A stretch of 62,817 nucleotides of DNA, counting the filler, from Basidioascus undulatus (taxonomy: Eukaryota), in NCBI GenBank assembly GCA_000826855.1. It is 12 parts of 12 records of this genome, joined end to end, with 100 filler letters (N's around TTAATTAATTAA, not from the genome) between each part and the next. Parts side by side here need not be neighbours in the genome. Positions count along the whole stretch, not along the records: positions 1 to 24,354 come from JTLS01000242.1; 11 more parts are not named here. One strand, 5' to 3'. How positions within the stretch are numbered: position 1 is the stretch's first letter; the number at the start of each line of letters is the position of its first letter. The position numbers and the translations under genes were made by a program. Shown here one piece after another: positions 12,194-24,454 of the stretch. The notes under the pieces are model-generated. The model was given only the letters and a program-made list of their open reading frames with translations, was not told the origin of the DNA and searched no databases.

Positions 12194-14443
12194 CGTGTCA
12201 AATCGGTTCGTTCGGGGAGAGTGTTAAGCGGAAGAGTATGTCGTTTCGCAGAGCAAACGGTGACAGTGGAAAGGAAAAGGACACTGGTCAACCAAGGGCA
12301 AACTAGACTTGTTGGGACTGCGATCTATCGTCAGCGTCAGCCGGCCGACGAGTGCGGCAGCGGTGGAGGGTCACTTCGGGCGAAGCGAGCGAAGGCTAGA
12401 TGAGGTCATATTTGGGGACACGGCACAGCGGGAGCAACCGAGCCCGGACCGCGCCGGCTCAAGCAGGTGGACTTGATGCTCGCCGGGAGAGCATGCGCCG
12501 GAGGACGTGACGGATAACCACCACTGGTTGATCTTGAGCAATGGGCAAGATCCAAGCAGGTGTGCTGCGTTGAGCTTCGTAGACACGAGTCGGGCGGAAG
12601 GACGGGATTGGTTGGGACGACGAGGCGGCGCGCGTGCCAGACTGCATGAGTTGCCCAACGCAAGCGACAAAAACCCACAAGTCGCAGGTTGGCAAAGGCT
12701 GCACATTGAGGGCGTTTAAATATGAGCACTTGACGAGCACATAACTGGAGCAGTCTTGCGTATTGGCTCCACCAAACCCGAGAACGACAGAGCCTTGAGG
12801 GATGCAGTACGCTTGGCGTAAAGGACTGCAGAACTGCTCTGGTAACAAACGTCGATTGGAGCCATACTAATGTGTTCCACGAATTCTTAACAGACTTTAG
12901 CTTGGCAAGGCGCTCGAACGCGTGTTCGGTCGGAGGAGTGTACGCGAAGTAGTCCGGCAGGCACGACGTCCAACTGAGGGCACAGTCGCCTTCACGGCAT
13001 CGTCCCGACGCCTGAACTCTCCATCTTCTAAAGGATGCCTACAATACCTAGAGGTCAAAGGAGTGGAACCCGGCATACAGCGAGTAAATCTATCCGGCCT
13101 GCGTTGGAGAGACCTAGTCACGGTTCAAGTTGGCTTAGGTACCACCCTGGCGAGACTGCGCGTGCACAAATGAACTGGAACCATGAAGGGCCTGCCACCA
13201 AAGGGAAGCAGGACTCAGATCTATCTGGAAGGAAATTCCCATTTCTTCTGAATACGGCTCCTTAGACCGGACAGAAGCAATTATGGGCAGCGCAAAGTTG
13301 AGAACGCTAGTGCGCCATGGCCAGCTGCGTCTCTTGAACGGCCAACATTGGAGCGTTGTACTGGCCCTTCTTTAACGGAAGGATTTTAATACTTTTCGGG
13401 GTGCCTAACACCACGGAGTAGACATGTCCAGACAGCGCGTGCTCCTCTTGAGACGTAGTCTTTATCCTCATGCAAGTCCTGCCTGTACCCCCCCCCCAGC
13501 AGAGTTAGACGGTTTCTTCTCATCCTGTGAATTCCCATTTAGGCTGCTACCAAAAACCCAGGCATAAGTGTCTATGTAGTTCCCCGATTTTCCATGCCAT
13601 AGAACGATCCTGTTCTTTCCGGTGGAGCAGGCCGGAGCGGGTGAAAGCATCATGCAGTTGGTGTTCTGGCCCAAAAGCGGTACTGCACCCTAGTCGGCGC
13701 CGTCCCAGTGCCTTCAAGAAAATAGAAACGGCATTTCACGACCTGACAGTTTACTCGAGACCTGGACGAGGAAACACACAGGCGACTGGCACTGTTGGCT
13801 GGAAGCAACGCTGCGTCACGTTGCTCTACCAGTGTTCTCAGCTGCGCTGGGGTCGACCCAGCTCCAGTGACGTTCATTTGTAGCTTACTATTATATTCTT
13901 CTAGATATACCAGGGCAGAGATGCGGAGCAAGTCTTGCGCAGCGGATCAGAAACTCTGGAGAAACACCACTGCGCCTCGTCCCTGATCCCCAAAGCTGGT
14001 GACCGGCGAGCCACAGAACTTCATGAGCCCGCCTCCGGAAGGAATGAATGTTCCACTTGAAATTGTCGAGTCTCTTTCAAATGCAAGCTGCTTCAAAAGC
14101 CATCTAAACACAGCGGACTGCGCGCTGGCAACGAATTCGATACAGACAATCCCGCAGCCGAGCGCGTTTCCAGGGTATGCGTGTGTTACGAGACCTTCGT
14201 GAAGATTCTGCGGCAACAGATCAATTGAAGAAAGCAAATGAGTGATAAATGGCCCGCCGACAGCGGGCATCGCCCTCGTGCGCAAAGTTGCCACGCGCAA
14301 CGGCTGCGAATTCTGGCGCAGAGTCCGCCCTTCCGCTTGGTTACTGACCATCACCTGTTCCTTCGCCCTGAGTCACCCTCCCACACCGCATTGCTCTCCG
14401 ATCCCTCACCTGGGCTGCATCTGAAATCCATCGAGTGCTCACC

Positions 14444-17400
14444 ATGTCTGACCCTGACCCGATGCACGCCTCAGACGCCGCGTCGGACTCGTTCACGCTC
14501 GTCTCTATCCCGACCGTTTGCTCGGCCTTCTCCTTCTCGATTCTCCCCTCGGACGTGACCTCGCACGCGCTCCCATCGACCTCGTACCCACTCTCGCACA
14601 CCAACGACCTCCCCTCGGGCCTCATATCCCCCGCAGAGAGTCTCGACTCGTTCAACGCTAACGGCGGCGCGAGCGAGCTCGACGGTGCCGCGGAGCTCAG
14701 CGCCAAGAGCTTGCGGAGTAGGCTGCGGGAAGAGGAGGAGCTCAGCGCGGCGCTTGTCGCCAGCGCTGAGGTCAATATTGGGGAGGAGCCGGCAACGCCG
14801 ATTACGAACGAGGATGAGAGCATGGGCGGAGAGGAGGAGGAGGAGGATGAGGGAGAGGATGGGGGTTGGTCAAGCGGGTTCGCGACGCCCACGCAAAACA
14901 AGGCGATGGTACCGGAAGGTCCGACGCCGGTCGGTCGGTCGCTCGCTCGCATGAACGCGGCTTGCTCGTGACTGACGATGCGCTCCTTCAGCCCGAGCTG
15001 CTCGCGTTCCAGCTCCAGCTCCAGGCCCAGTTCGCGTAAGCTGGTCCTCTCCTCAAATCGCCATCTACGCGCCGAAGCTCACAACCTTTCTACCTCCTGC
15101 CCACAGGACGAAGGAGACTGCCGAGAAAGGCGACGGGTGCGCTGGATTCATTTTCGCCCTGCGTCGGTCCGCTTGGCCATTAACGCGCTCCTCCTCAATC
15201 CAGCGCCGACGCGCCTCTCGTACAACCGAAGACGGAATCTCCGCCCATCTACAAGTACGCGCAGTCCAACCTCGACCTGTTCCAGCAGGGTCTGCACTGC
15301 ACCTCGAACGTCTTCAAGCCGAGCTGGATGAGCCTGGTCGACGAGGAGACTCTCAAAGATACGCCTTGGGTCGAGCAGAAGCGTCAGCAGTACGCCAGAT
15401 CCTTATCGGACATGCCTTGTTTTTCGAGTGACAGGGCCGCTGAGCTGACTCGTGATGAGCAACGTACGGCAACGCAGGACGCTGTTCAGCTTGATCGACC
15501 ATTTCCTCCTCATCAGCACGGTCTACAACTTCATATCCACCGTGCGTCATATTTCACATTGCTCCTCCTACCCCTCCGCTGAAGCGTCCTCCACCTTTCG
15601 CCAATTGCAGCTCAAAAGCCCGCTCGTGCCGCTCATCAACGACTACCACGCGCCGTACAAGCTCTGGTACAGCAGCGTACGCGAGCGGCTCCTCGATGAG
15701 CAACGCAAGCAGCACCCGTTCCTCGTGGGCGTCCCCGAGCAGCTCGTTGCTGCACTCCTCGACGCGTCCGAGATCGTCGAGACGCTTGGTATATCCGATA
15801 GCGCCCGCGCTCTGCGCGAGAGGCTCCCGCTCGACGCTGCTGAGGCTGATGGGCTTATCGTGCGTTGCCTTGCCTTATTTTTTGGCCCCGGAGAGGGTTG
15901 CAATGATTGTCCTCAACCGTGGACGTGGAAACAGAACTCGGTCTACTCGTACAGTATCAAGGGCTCGATTGATGTCGTGTGCTTTATTCGCCATCCCTGG
16001 GACGGTGCGTTCTTGTTTCTCTGTCCGCCACTTACGAAGCAACCACCTGAGTGAATTCTGAGTGCTTGGCCATCATCGCAGGACTGTTCAAGGTGCAGAC
16101 GCTGCTCAACCTGCTGCAGAAGCAGACGCAGGCCGACCACCCCGACTCCGCGTCGATCGACGCCTGCATCGAGATCCTCGTCAACCTCCTCCCCAACACG
16201 AGGGGCGACAACACGCGCTCACTCAAGGAGGCCATGGACGAGTTGACGCTGTCAGAGATCCTCGGGCCGGACTGGGGCACGCCGCCGCCGCTTTTCACCA
16301 CTCGTCCGCTCCAGCCACAGAGCCCTCCAACGGGCGGCACGCGCGGGCTGCTGCGGCAGCTCACTGAAGGCCTGGATCTGGGAAGGAGTCGGGGAAAGGC
16401 AAGTGGCTCTTCTGGTTCGGTTGACGGCTTAGCTTCCGCCCTACTAAGTGCATCTTCGACGTGTGCAGCCGGACAGGTCAGTCGAATTTGTCGTATACGA
16501 AAGCGGCAAGCCTTCACGACGTAACGCTTACCCCATTGAACATGCGCAGCAACGATGTCGCCGACTTCCCGTTCGTCCACGACGAGGCGCTAGAAGCCCA
16601 CCCGGCCATCACCTACGAAACGTGGGACAGCTTAGCCTTGAATCAGATCCACCTGCTGGTCCCGCAAGTCAAGAAGCGCCAGCGCGTCATCTTCGACATC
16701 GTCATCAACGAGCTGCTCTTCCTGGCGGACCTGAAGATTGTTGCCGAGGTTCGTTGATCCTGTGCCCCTTCTGGGTCCGGTTCATGCGAACGCTGACCGC
16801 CATCCACCTACAGGCCCTCGACCACCCACCTTTGTCCAAGCTCGTCCTCCTCCATAGCGCGCACGTCGCCAACCTCCGCACGCTCCAGCGCAACATGCAT
16901 CCCCTCGTCGAGGGGATCTCGCCGCTGCTCCTCAGGGCCGCGCACGCCTTCGCGGCCTGGCTGCCCCTGTCGCGCGACCCTCCCCTCGCGCTGAGGGGGA
17001 CGGACCGTGCAACGCTCGCGAGCGCCGACATCGGCCGCGCGCACTGGCACCTCCTCACGCGCTTCCCCGCCTACAAGGCGCACTCGCACGACTCCTTCGA
17101 ACTCTTCACGTCGCCCGTGGCGATGACGTTAAGGTTCGAGGCAATGCTGAACAGGCTGCGTCCCGAGGCCACGGCTAGGGTGGAGGCGCAGCAGACGAGC
17201 GAGGCGCTGGAGGTTGTGAACGGGGAGCTGAAGAGCCTGATCGCGGGTATGCATCTGGGCGAGCCGCGTGCGGAGGAGGCTGGGCCGGGAGCTCAGGCTG
17301 AGAGTGCGGAGTGGGGAGAGTTTCAGAGCGCTGGTGAGATGATGGACGTAGAGGTTGCTGAGGGCGCTGGCGACAAGATGGAGGTTGAGGAGGCCGAGAC

Positions 17401-17551
17401 GCCTGGGGAGAGCGCCGTCCGCCCGATCCCTTTGCGAAGGAGGAAGGGATCGTGGGAAGAGATGCGGTTGAGAGAGGAGGGGACGGTCGAAGTGGGACAG
17501 GGCAAAGGGAACACTGAGGTCTCGGTGGGGACTGCGAGCGCGCACGCTTGA
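14444..17551 (+). CDS. Protein with acidic low-complexity termini and two degenerate Dbl-homology (RhoGEF)-like repeats
   Basis: Repeat 1: SWMSLVDEETLKDTPWVEQKRQQTLFSLI...LLNLLQKQTQADHPDSASIDAC. Repeat 2: TWDSLALNQIHLLVPQVKKRQRVIFDIVINELLFLADLKIV...PVAMTLRFEAMLNRL. Both resemble DH CR1 (KRQxxIxELIxxExxYxxDL) and CR3/C-terminal motifs. Confidence 0.6.
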
Positions 17552-18777
17552 GCTTGACTTGAACGTAGGATTCTCATGATGTGTAACTCGTCTTATTCTC
17601 CGCATGAACCATTGTTGGTCCTTCGAGCTGGAATTATGGTCCGGGATTCATCGAACAGGAACTGACTTTCGCTTGCGACAGCTGTAGGTGCCAAAATTGA
17701 TGGGTGCTAGGGTAAATTATGCCCGGTAGTTTTGGTCGTACATCTAAGAATAGAATAAGTAGTCTTTTTTTATGTTCCCGGAGGGAGCGGCGCATGAATC
17801 ATATGGATCATGCTTGCGAGGGCGAGATTAGATTGTGTGCAAACCGACTGCACGCAAACACCGTCGGAACTGGCCACGCTTGGCCACGCCCATGTAAGCC
17901 TTTAAAGCGAGATATCTCCTAACACAACCTTGCCGCCTTTTCGGGGTTGTCCCAACAGAAGTTTGACAGGCTTCTAGAGCAGGCCATATCACGCATGCGG
18001 CGCAGAAGTCGCAGGTTGTCGCTCACAGCCCCAGCCATGTGCTTCGCGGACTCCGCGCCAGTGCGCCTCAATTGGCCGCTCCGTGTGACCCTTTGGGTCA
18101 TCAAAACTTCCCAAAAGCAAGACGCGATCGACAGTGAGTCATACCGAGGCTGGTTTGCGTCTTCGACCCCCCCTTGCATTCCAACTTCGTGCGAATATCC
18201 ATCTACGGCTCAGAGTACACTTTGACACTCAGGCAGTTGGAAAAAGTGGAAGATACCTATCAGGGCTGGAGAAAGCACTCAGCTGTGTGATATTTTCTCG
18301 GAATCAAGCTTGGTTCTGCGCACGCATGATGCCTACGCGGTGGCATTCCCACCCTGGGTAGCGCTGCAGATTGGTCGTACTGGAACTCTAATTCCCAAAC
18401 CAAACGAAATATATCGCTCAAATAAATAGTGAAACGATTAGAATGTAGGCTGGCAGCTGTCAGCAAGTCTTCTGACGACTGCGTCGTGCGACCTGCTCTC
18501 GCCAGCGGGCCTGCCCGATTTTTAAAGGATCTTTAGACTGCTCTACGACCTTATAAATGTGGCTTAAAGGCCATGCAAATATCATTGGTGAAAGCCAGTG
18601 AAGGCAGAACTGGACAGCCTGGCCGGTTCTAGCCCGATTTCCCCGCGCAACCGCCGCCTGCCTCTCTCCTCTTCACCACCATCATCTCCACCCTGCCCAG
18701 CTTGCCAGGTTGCCTTCGCATCGTCACAGCCCACGTCAATTGAATATACTAACAGTCTCTGTCCGTGATGCGCTGCC

Positions 18778-20240
18778 ATGACTGACTCGAATAACCGATC
18801 TCTCGAGCTACTCGACCTTCCTCCGGAAATCTTCCACACGTACATCTCCGCCTTCCTCAAGCCGGATGACCAACGCGCTTTTTCGCTCGCATCGCGCACT
18901 CATCGCACATATTTGGCGGGGCAAAGGCGATGGTAATTTCGTCTCACCCCAGGCGTAGGCGGAAGCTGGACGTCGACGCCCTCGAGAGCGCTTCCAGCGT
19001 GGTGAAGGCGAGCATTTCTATATGCAGAATGCTTTGTTGAGAGACTGAGCATTCGTACAGATCTGTATGCCTTCGCATTCACTACTACAAGAGCATGAGA
19101 AACTACTCCGAGCGAGTTTTCCGCGCACTCACCTCGCTTCCCAACCTCGAGAGGGTTCCTGCCGGACTACTCTTCCCTCGTTCGGTCTGAGCTAACTACC
19201 CTGATGGAGTTCTGCAAGAATATCTCAAACCTGCGTTCTCTGGAATTCGATCTTGGCCACGACTCTGGTTTCGCCGGTTCGCCGACACCTGGCCCTGCAA
19301 AGCTCGACACGCTCAAACTCTTCTGGCAAGTCAAAGATGTGCCTTCTGCGCCCGAAAGCTCGCTCACGCATTTGTACGCCCTCATCGAGCCGTCCATCTG
19401 CTCCCGATTCCGTATCGAAGTCCAATGTTTCTTATCGAAGTCCAATGTTTCGAATACGCATGGACAGGCCTGCGCGGGCCTTTCGATCTCCGGCTGCTCG
19501 CCGCCATGAGCGGGACACCGAGAGCTTTCTGGTATCGTACGCACTGGACTGACCTCGAAGCACTCGCAACTATTCGCGAGCTCTTCCCCCAGCTCGAGGA
19601 GCTGAAGGTTAAGTGGGTTGGCGGGGCTGACAACCCCCCGTGCTGGAAGGTTCGCGCATCAAGTTGACATACTCAGCTTTATATGCAGCTGAATTACTCT
19701 CACCCGATAGGCCAATTACATCCAACCTATTTCGACTCTTCGCTGCCTAGAGGATCTCTTTCTCATGACTTTGAGAGGGATTTGTATGTCAGCTTCTCAA
19801 AGGATTTCGACAAGGAGTGGTATTGCCGCTGCCAAACTCGCCGGCTGGAGGCGACGCGTCGGGTGGCGCGTGCCTGCCAGCGGCTGCGCAGGTGCGGGTG
19901 GATTGTATTGAACGATGCATTTGTTGGGTGGTTCAGGTAATAGGCTGAAGTGAAAAGCTAATTGAATCCCTCTAAACACAGGTTGCCTTTCCAATTTACT
20001 ATTCTGGCTCGCGATTATCTGCAAGGTCACATTCATCGCGATGCAACGTTGCACCGGCGGGCTGGCCGGGCTGGCAGCTGGCCGCCAGCGGCGCGTGCCA
20101 CGAAGCGATTGGTCGCAAACAGAGGCGTGCCGCTTGATGATAAACATCGATATCGATCACTGTTCTCTGGGATAGCATTGTTCAGACTCTCTATTCAAGA
20201 ATGGATGAGAGTAGTCGAGTCGAGACTAGTTTCTTGGTAG
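18778..20240 (+). pseudogene. F-box-like protein gene frameshifted by a 20-bp tandem duplication
   Basis: N-terminus MTDSNNRSLELLDLPPEIFHTYISAFLKPDDQRAFSLASR is F-box-like, followed by LRR-like segments (NLRSLEF, FPQLEEL). TATCGAAGTCCAATGTTTC occurs twice at 19413-19451; removing one 20-nt unit fuses ORFs 19204.. and 19425.. in frame. Confidence 0.65.
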
Positions 20241-20603
20241 ACTGCACTTACGTTTACGACGCGTCTTGTCACCTCTTAGGGCATTCCTGCCATCGTCGGT
20301 CGATCATCGTCGCCAAGTTTATCGAGGAAATGGACTGACTTTATATGCTCACATCCCGATTAATTTGAGTAAAAAAATAGGCCGTACCGCCACCCAATCT
20401 CGCTCACAAGCTTGAAGTCTCCACAATGGGTCAACGCCAGAGAGGGATCGACGAGCCTTGCAACGGCTCCGAGGCAGGATAGACTCGCAGATCCTCATCA
20501 TCTGTGACTGTGGAGGACAGCAACTCCCGCCACCTCAGTCGTCAAGGCTTCAGACAACCTCCGGAGACCGCCGGTAGAGCGTTTCCCGAGGGACCGCGAA
20601 GCG

Positions 20604-20610
20604 TATAAAA
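20604..20610 (+). promoter_or_regulatory. TATA box of the hydrophobin gene
   Basis: Consensus TATAAAA about 120 bp upstream of the ATG at 20728, followed by a CT/CA-rich leader. Confidence 0.6.
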
Positions 20611-20727
20611 ACCCGCCCGCCTGCCGCGGTGGTTGTCTCCATCATCACTTCACACTCGTTCTGCATCTTCACTCCACACCTGATACCCACCCCTCACTAA
20701 ACCCCTACATCCCTCACTCCATTCACA

Positions 20728-21271
20728 ATGCGCACCGCTGTCTTCTCCCTCTTCGCTGTTGTCGCCGCTGCCGCGACCGTCACCGCTGCCCCGGAGCCCA
20801 ACAACTTCCTCAAGCGCGCCGACGGTGGCCGCTGCAACACCGCTGAGGTTTCTTGCTGGTGAGTAGAGTCCGTCCCATTATCTTCTATGGTGTGAGTGTT
20901 GCTGACCCTGGGAGCTTCTACCCAGCAACACCGTCAACTCCGCCGGCGATGCGTTCGGCGACCTCACTGGTCTCCTCGGTGGCCTTAACGTCGGCAGCAT
21001 CCTTGGCCAGGTCGGCCTGAACTGCATTCAGGTACAACAATCTTTCCACCATTTATATTCTTGAGCTGATGAGGTCTTCGGCCCAAAAGGTGCCGGTCAT
21101 CGGCGGTGCGCTCTCCAGCCAGTGCAACTCCGCCCCCGTTTGCTGCGAGAACGTTACGCAGAACGGCCTCATCAACCTGGGCTGCTCCGTAAGTGTCTCA
21201 TTCTAGGCGATGCAGAAATATGAAACCAGCCGGCTGATTGAAAATCGTCTTCTCAGCCCATCCAACTCTGA
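20728..21271 (+). CDS. Class I hydrophobin (4 exons: 20728-20858, 20926-21031, 21090-21188, 21257-21271)
   Basis: Spliced product MRTAVFSLFAVVAAAATVTAAPEPNNFLKRADGGRCNTAEVSCCNTVNSAGDAFGDLTGLLGGLNVGSILGQVGLNCIQVPVIGGALSSQCNSAPVCCENVTQNGLINLGCSPIQL*: signal peptide and the diagnostic 8-Cys pattern C-CC-C-C-CC-C. Absent from the ORF track. Confidence 0.95.
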
Positions 21272-23903
21272 ACCATACCACTCACTGTACCACTCACTGC
21301 CGAAAGACAGGCGATGGGAAAGGGCGATACCCATTCATACTTCGTAATACTTGAGAGAACGTTGGCCACATAGTTGATGACACGGATCTGCATTTCAGCT
21401 TAACAATATCACGCTCGTCTGATCAAAACTAGCGGTGCGTCCGGAATGGGAACAGCTCACCCGCTTGCCAATCAGGGCTGAGCAAGTGAATGCGGTCTAC
21501 CACTTGCAATTCGGGACAGCATTCCCGTGCTTCCTTTTTCCCCGAGTAACTCTTGCTACCCTACACATAAGCACAAACCCCCGGACTCCGTCTCACCGTA
21601 AGATCCGAGAACGTCAACAACCAACGGCCAATGATCACAGCCTGCACAATGTAGAAACTGCCGAGGCCCGTGCATCCGACTTCCTTTGAAGGGCTGGTCT
21701 TCCGCTGATGAATGGACGTTGATGGATGGAGACAGGTTTCGTTTCGGAATTTGGGACGGAAGTGCCTAAGTATGAAATGGGTGAATCGAACAGTGTCAAG
21801 CAGAATGAGGTGTGCGTGGCCAGGTTTGACGACGCTTCAACCGTCCAAGCTGAATGAAGCAGATTGTTTAGCTTCGTTAAATTTATGGATATGTAACAGG
21901 ACAGATTTTGGAAGAAAGTTAAGACTTGCCGTTCGGAGCAAGTTGTACCGGTCCGTTTGTTTCAGGCTGTACACAGTGCAACGAAGTGACTCCGTAACTG
22001 CACTTTGCACTTATTAGAGTTGTTGTAGTCAAGGTTCATGTTCACATGCATGGGGACGTTCTTCTCGATTCCCGTTAGCCGGTAAACTGGAGGAGCGAGC
22101 CTCCATGCGGTTGCTCACCAGCGACTGCTGCCGTCGTTCTTTTGTCTTCGTTCCTCGCTGCAGTCCTGCTACAGCCTCCTTACGCATTCAGCTGAACTTC
22201 ATGCAAACAAATCCGGTGCATCTTGACTGCAAACCCCCATATTCCCAGACCTATCCCACGCCTCTCTCCCTTAGACTTAACGCAGCATCTCCCTACCAGC
22301 ATGTCGAACCCCAACATGAACCAGTGAGCTGCCTCTATGGGATCGAAACGATCAAGGGTGCCGTTTCTGATATGGGCTGAGGAGGTTGAAGGAATAAGGA
22401 AGAAAATTTACCACGGTTGAAAGCCAAGCGAAGGTGACACTGACATTACAATCCACTCCGCTCAACAGGAACTGATAGGCAAGCGACCCACACTCCGCTG
22501 CACTGATTTCGTCCTCTTCTGATCAAAGTGGGGAACAGGACATGAGGTGCGAAGCCTGGACTCATCAATACGCTGTTAGCTCAGCAATAAACGAAAGCTC
22601 GCAGGTCCACGCGTACTCGCGGGCGGCGGTCAGTCCAGTAGTGATCTGAAATCATTCGATGGGGGTGTGTTTCAGGCATAGTCACGAAGGTGAGATCCGG
22701 CTGGGCACACCCCCACCAAGCTGATCAACATACCAATTTTAAAATGAACCAGAACCGGGAGACGTTCTGCCTGCCGCCAACGGCGTGTAGAGGTCGCACT
22801 GAACACCTGTTGCGGACGGTTCATAAACATGTAGTGATTGGCCTGAGCGCTCCCTACAACTGTTCGCCTTCGTGCCATGTTACCCTTTAGAAAATTCCAC
22901 TATACTTTGAATACCACATATAAACAAGAAGGTCTATGAAACTTTCTGCCGTCTGTGTGACGCATGCAGCTTGTGCCTTTCGCTGCGAGAGACGCTCTGG
23001 CAGGCAATGAGGCCTTGCGCTCCACAAAAAATTGAGGACATCTTCTGATCAACCGAAGTAGGCCGGAATTTCCGAAAGGGGCACGGTAAACTAGGGGAAA
23101 TGTGATGTCGCACAAGCTGACTGACACCCGTCCCACAGGACTTTGTAGTAAACCTGCAAGCCTCCGCTTAGCCCTCATTCGGTAGCGACTTCTGAGTATA
23201 AACTTCGCACCAGATGCCCTGTTAAAAACCTGGCCAGAAATTGCCCAGATGCGTGATTCGTAGGAGTGGCAATGCTCACCTATCAGCATTCTTTTGAGAG
23301 GCGTAGATTGTAATGTCAGTGTGACCTAGGACCTTTGCTTCGTCTTCATCCGGACCACATTCTCTTCCTTGCTTTCCTAATTGCCTCCCGCCGGATCCAA
23401 CCTATTTATCCCCAAGTCTCTCACAGGGATAACTCACTGGTTCGTATAGGGGTCCGACATGTTGGTCTGTCAAGGCCGTGCCGTGTGGGGGGACGGCGTG
23501 GAAGGGTTAAGTCTGGTTTGGGAGTAGCGTCTTGTTGAAGGAATGGCGAATATGGGCCTTTGCAGTAAAGGTGATACAGATGTGTCCTGAAGGCATTTCT
23601 ACAGAACGATGCAGCGAGGCTGTGTCAGAACTGCAGGAAAGAACGAGGGCACTGTTGCTGGAGAGTTGCCACATGCTGGTTCTCGTCTCGTGGTATCTCC
23701 TAATTGATCAACCTATTTTAGTGATCTTTTGGGTCAGTACCGTTGCCCTTCTTCTTGGTCATTAAACAGCGACAGGGAACTCAAATCGTCTTGCTCCCAA
23801 CTCCGGATCCGTGCTCTGAAGAGTGTCGGCACAGTGGTAGACATCCTCTATTACCCGTGCACAGGGAACTTCAAGATCAAGAGGTGCGTATACCTCGCCC
23901 CCT

Positions 23904-24354
23904 CTATTGGACTTTATAGTGACCTGTGGCTTCATGTACAGCCAGACGGACACAGGGAGCACAGTTACGAGGGTACGAATCAGTTGGTGACGACCAATTT
24001 AAGTCCCAATAGCTGATCAAGTACCAAACCGACATCGCATAGAAGGACTCGCGAATACCATCCTGTACGGCAGTGAAACTCGAAAGAGCGTTGAGATTCG
24101 ATGGGACGAAGTGTTCTAGCCAGGCGCAACCACTCCTTAACAGGCGATGACGATCAGCTCTTCCCAGTCCGCGCGGCACCATGCGGCAAATGTCCTGGAA
24201 GCCAGCGACGGTGCTCAGCGCAAAAATGTACTCGTCCGGGCCTCATGCTTCGAGGCCATGCGAAGTATGACCAGCTCATCTTGTCTCGAACGCGTGAGAC
24301 ATTGTACTTGTCGACGGCGCGGACGAGGTCGTGCAAGAGATCGGCACGACTCAT
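23904..24354 (-). other. Possible 3' fragment of a BTB/POZ-type hypothetical gene cut by the contig end
   Basis: LLHDLVRAVDKYNV resembles the 'AADKY' helix of fungal BTB proteins. The downstream frame is not cleanly resolved. Confidence 0.25.
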
Positions 24355-24454
24355 NNNNNNNNNNNNNNNNNNNNNNNNNNNNNNNNNNNNNNNNNNNNTT
24401 AATTAATTAANNNNNNNNNNNNNNNNNNNNNNNNNNNNNNNNNNNNNNNNNNNN
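24355..24454. other. Artificial contig linker N44-TTAATTAATTAA-N44 (also at 27871-27970, 31379-31478, 34882-34981, 38384-38483, 41886-41985, 45337-45436, 48834-48933, 52331-52430, 55828-55927, 59325-59424)
   Basis: Identical 100-bp spacer with a palindromic core carrying stop codons in all six frames; genes are cut abruptly on either side. Confidence 0.99.

Noticed and set aside
21435..23800. Possible DNA transposon in the lower-GC gene-poor stretch after the hydrophobin
   Set aside because: I could not identify terminal inverted repeats, target-site duplications or transposase motifs.
24399..24410. Recurring palindrome TTAATTAATTAA every ~3.5 kb, resembling a CRISPR-like repeat, a piggyBac TTAA site or a programmed-rearrangement signal
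   Set aside because: It is always flanked by exactly 44 Ns on each side and gives stops in all six frames, so it is a synthetic concatenation linker.
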